Shown here piece after piece: positions 26,500 through 29,550 of a stretch of DNA of 29,550 bases. The position numbers were made by a program, and so were the translations under genes. The notes below the pieces were generated by a model. The model had not been told where the DNA came from. It worked only from the letters and a program-made list of their open reading frames with translations, and searched no databases. How positions within the stretch are numbered: the stretch's first letter is position 1; each line of letters begins with the position of its first letter. Where the stretch lies: contig JAVHPP010000151.1 of assembly GCA_036170655.1 (NCBI GenBank), positions 1 to 29,550 of the forward strand, written 5' to 3'. This DNA is from Candidatus Zixiibacteriota bacterium (GTDB taxonomy: Bacteria > Zixibacteria > MSB-5A5 > WJJR01).

Positions 26500-27417
26500 T
26501 CAATAATTCGTTTCCAGGAACTGCTGCACCACCAAGGAGGAGTTGTAGGCTGTGACGTCGAAGAATTCCTTCAATTGTTGCTGCGCGGTCTGGGGTCCCG
26601 ATCCTCCGGCCAGATCGGAGCACGACCGCACGATGGCAACCGGGATGCCAGAGGCACGCGCTGTCTGGACGACGGCCGCGGATTCCATGTCGACGATCTC
26701 CGCCTGGAAATCCCGGAACAGCTGTTCACGCTTCGCCTTCGAGTCAATGAATGCGTCTCCGGAGACCCCCAGTCCGCCCCGCCGAACTTCGGGAATCCGT
26801 CCCATCACGGTCCGGAAACGGAACGCGACCGCGTCACCGGCGTCTGCCAGTTGACGGGCCAGCGACGTGTCGACCGGCATGTCGAGCATATGCTGTGATC
26901 CGACCTCGACGGAATCGGTCTTGAAACCATTCTTACCCCAGTATCCGTGGTCATGGATCAGCCATTGGTCGGGGATGACGATGTCGCCGATCTGGTGTTG
27001 TGGATTGATCGCGCCGCAAATGCCCGTGAAGATGATCGCCGCCGGATTGTAAACATCGATGATGTGTTGTGCGGTGGCTGCGGCGTTGGTCATGCCAATG
27101 CCGGATGCGGCAATGACCACCGGCTGCACAAGCCATCCATAGGCGAGTGCGCGTCCGGCCCACACCGTATCCTTTGACAGTGAGGCTGCCTTGCGCAACT
27201 GCGCGCCTTCCGGTTCAAAGGCATAGATGATTGCCCATGGCCGTTGTTTGGGTACTGGCGTTTGCTGGGCAGGTGGAGCAGCGGCAGTAGCTGCAGGCGG
27301 GACGGCGGTCTGTTTCGGCACCGGGGCCTCGCGGACACAGGATAGGAGTATCAGCGCAGCGAGTGACGTCAAAATGATGAGAATCTGCTTCACGAGTGCG
27401 CATCGAGTCTGTCGCAT
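26500..27417 (-). CDS. 5'-methylthioadenosine/S-adenosylhomocysteine nucleosidase family lipoprotein
   Basis: Lipobox LLS-C, Pro/Ala linker, SGIGMTNAA, TGICG, SGDAF, VDMESAAV, RSCSDLAG; GAGGTG RBS. Confidence 0.88.
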   Translation of the reverse strand: MRQTRCALVKQILIILTSLAALILLSCVREAPVPKQTAVPPAATAAAPPAQQTPVPKQRPWAIIYAFEPEGAQLRKAASLSKDTVWAGRALAYGWLVQPVVIAASGIGMTNAAATAQHIIDVYNPAAIIFTGICGAINPQHQIGDIVIPDQWLIHDHGYWGKNGFKTDSVEVGSQHMLDMPVDTSLARQLADAGDAVAFRFRTVMGRIPEVRRGGLGVSGDAFIDSKAKREQLFRDFQAEIVDMESAAVVQTARASGIPVAIVRSCSDLAGGSGPQTAQQQLKEFFDVTAYNSSLVVQQFLETNY

Positions 27418-27578
27418 GGGTCACCTCTTTCGTATCAGTGGCGGGCGTGTATAAACTGTGGTTGGTCCGGCGAAGCGTTTGATTTTGGCACCCTTCGTCG
27501 ATAAATTGGGTTTCGGTTGCGTATGGATAAGGTGTTTCCCGTTGTCGGAACCAGCCGCCAATGGTAAAGGAGCAAGCA

Positions 27579-28457
27579 ATGAACGCGGAAGACAAACGGA
27601 AAATCAAGACCGGCCTGGCCGAGATGCTCAAGGGCGGGGTCATCATGGATGTCACCAATGCTGACCATGCCCGAATTGCCGAGGATGCCGGGGCCGTCGC
27701 GGTCATGGCTCTGGAGCGTGTGCCGGCGGACATTCGCGCTGAAGGCGGCGTCGCCCGCATGGCCGATCCCCTGAAAATCGAGGAGATCAAACGCACCGTG
27801 ACGATCCCAGTGATGGCCAAATGCCGCATCGGGCACTTTGCCGAGGCGCAGATCCTTGAATCTCTCGAAGTTGATTTTATCGATGAATCCGAGGTCCTGA
27901 CCCCCGCCGATGAGGCGTTCCATATCAACAAAGACCTGTTTACGATCCCCTTCGTTTGCGGATGCCGCAATCTCGGAGAAGCCCTGCGCCGCATCGGCGA
28001 AGGCGCGGCGTTGCTGCGCACCAAGGGAGAACCCGGCACCGGTAACATTGTGGAGGCGGTCCGGCATATGCGTGCCGTGCAAGATGGAATTCGTCGCCTG
28101 ACGGTCCTGCCGCGCGAGGAGCTGATGACCGAAGCCAAGAACCTCGCCGCGCCTTATGACTTGGTCTGCTGGGTGGCAGAGCATGGGAAGCTGCCCGTCC
28201 CGAATTTTGCCGCTGGCGGGATCGCCACCCCAGCCGATGCGTCTTTGATGATGCAACTGGGAGCGGAGTCGGTCTTTGTCGGTTCGGGCATCTTCAAGTC
28301 CGAAAATCCACTGGCTCGCGCCCGGGCAATTGTTCTGGCGACCACCCACTACAGCGATCCCAAGATGGTGGCTGAAGCCTCGAAGGGGCTCGGCGTGGCC
28401 ATGCACGGTATGGAAATGCGCACTATTCCCGAAGGGCAGTTGCTACAAGTAAGATAA
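27579..28457 (+). CDS. pdxS: Pyridoxal 5'-phosphate synthase lyase subunit
   Basis: [55 protein letters not shown]. Confidence 0.97.
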   Translation: MNAEDKRKIKTGLAEMLKGGVIMDVTNADHARIAEDAGAVAVMALERVPADIRAEGGVARMADPLKIEEIKRTVTIPVMAKCRIGHFAEAQILESLEVDFIDESEVLTPADEAFHINKDLFTIPFVCGCRNLGEALRRIGEGAALLRTKGEPGTGNIVEAVRHMRAVQDGIRRLTVLPREELMTEAKNLAAPYDLVCWVAEHGKLPVPNFAAGGIATPADASLMMQLGAESVFVGSGIFKSENPLARARAIVLATTHYSDPKMVAEASKGLGVAMHGMEMRTIPEGQLLQVR

Positions 28458-28462
28458 TCGCC

Positions 28463-29161
28463 GTGAATACGCCAGCTGCCAGCGTCGCAATCGCGCCGCC
28501 CGACTCCGTCGCCACGTGCCAGAGAATCATGGCGAGCGGCCCCCGTTCATTTCTCGACGGACACGAAGCGTCGGCGGGTGTCCGTGCGGTGGGCTTGTTG
28601 GCTCTCCAGGGGGACTTCGATTTGCACCGTCAGGCAGTGCAGAATCTTGGCCACCATGCATTCGAAGTGCGCACGGCTGAAGACCTTTCCCGTGTTGACT
28701 GCCTGATCATGCCAGGGGGGGAGTCCACGACCATGCGCAAGTTGCTGCAGAACGGCGGCTTATTTGACGAGATTCCCCAGTTCGCCCGGACGCATGCGAT
28801 CATGGCGACTTGCGCGGGCTTAATTCTCCTCAGCCGGGGAATCGAGGGATCACCGGACGAAGCGACACTGGGTCTCATCGATTGCACCGTCTCACGCAAC
28901 GCCTACGGCCGCCAGTACCATTCTTTCCGCGGTGAAGGGTGCGTTTCTCTGGGTGGCAGTGAAGCGCCGTTGGAGATGGTCTTCATCCGTGCCCCTCGGA
29001 TCAATCACGTCGGGGAAAGTGTCGATATTCTGGGACGATTGGAGAACGAACCGACACTCATCCGACAGGGGAACATCCTGGCGATGACCTTCCATCCTGA
29101 GTTGACTGACGACCTCCGTGTGCATCGCTACTTTCTCGCTCCCGCATCATGCCGGCGATGA
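28463..29161 (+). CDS. pdxT: Pyridoxal 5'-phosphate synthase glutaminase subunit; start uncertain
   Basis: LALQGDF, PGGESTT, TCAG, RNAYGRQ, FIRAP, FHPELT; N-terminal extension, ATG 28529 is an alternative start. Confidence 0.95.
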   Translation: MNTPAASVAIAPPDSVATCQRIMASGPRSFLDGHEASAGVRAVGLLALQGDFDLHRQAVQNLGHHAFEVRTAEDLSRVDCLIMPGGESTTMRKLLQNGGLFDEIPQFARTHAIMATCAGLILLSRGIEGSPDEATLGLIDCTVSRNAYGRQYHSFRGEGCVSLGGSEAPLEMVFIRAPRINHVGESVDILGRLENEPTLIRQGNILAMTFHPELTDDLRVHRYFLAPASCRR

Positions 29162-29258
29162 TCCTGGATTGCTCTGTGTGCCCATGGCTTGGGTGTGGCG
29201 CTCCGGGTGTGCGAAAAGAATCGCACAAATCGGACTAATTACGTAGTATTTGAAGTCT

Positions 29259-29550
29259 ATGACCTCCGTTGGCGGACAAATGCGGTTGGGAGCGCCAAAG
29301 CCAGCTTGGCTGAAGACGAAAGCCATATTTGCGCCGAACTACATCCGGGTCAAAGACGCGCTCCGTTCCAATCGGCTGCATTCGGTCTGTGAAGAAGCCA
29401 ACTGCCCCAACATTCGCGAATGCTTCTCCCAGGGCACCGCAACATTCATGATCCTGGGCAATGTCTGCACCCGTGGCTGCCGATTCTGCGATATCATCAA
29501 GGGGAAACCTCCTCTCTACGACACCGACGAACCACGCCGGATGGCCGAAG
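29259..29550 (+). CDS. lipA: Lipoyl synthase, 5' part (runs off the window)
   Basis: Manual translation: KPAWLK...VCEEANCPNIRECF...ATFMILGNVCTRGCRFC (auxiliary and radical SAM cluster motifs). Confidence 0.95.
   Translation, partial: MTSVGGQMRLGAPKPAWLKTKAIFAPNYIRVKDALRSNRLHSVCEEANCPNIRECFSQGTATFMILGNVCTRGCRFCDIIKGKPPLYDTDEPRRMAE

Noticed and set aside
24969..28406. Minus-strand ORFs 24969-25961, 27215-28138 and 27435-28406
   Set aside because: Antisense shadows of lpdA and pdxS.

Overview
A GC-rich bacterial chromosomal segment of mostly housekeeping and energy genes; I see no integrase, transposase, phage gene or CRISPR array. The left 12.6 kb is one minus-strand respiratory complex I (nuo) cluster with unusual architecture: fdx-nuoA-B1-C1-D1-E-F-fdx2-G-H-I1-B2-C2-I2-lipoprotein-D2. 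It has two divergent copies of each quinone-module subunit (B, C, D, I), two ferredoxins, an embedded unknown lipoprotein, a nuoA apparently starting at ATT, and no nuoJKLMN in the window. Next come a candidate structured RNA, lepB, tRNA-Ser(TGA), a queE-queC-queD-queF preQ1 operon with a tandem two-domain QueD, and a cysteine-less thiolase-fold/DUF35 pair. Further right are a YfhO-like membrane protein, a PTS EIIA-CBS fusion, a DUF502 protein, a membrane protein, two tRNA-Lys genes (one with an aberrant T-loop), lpdA, an exported MTA/SAH nucleosidase, pdxS, pdxT and the 5' part of lipA. Family calls come from motif recognition by eye, not database searches. Several starts were moved from the ORF track using RBS, overlap and promoter evidence.
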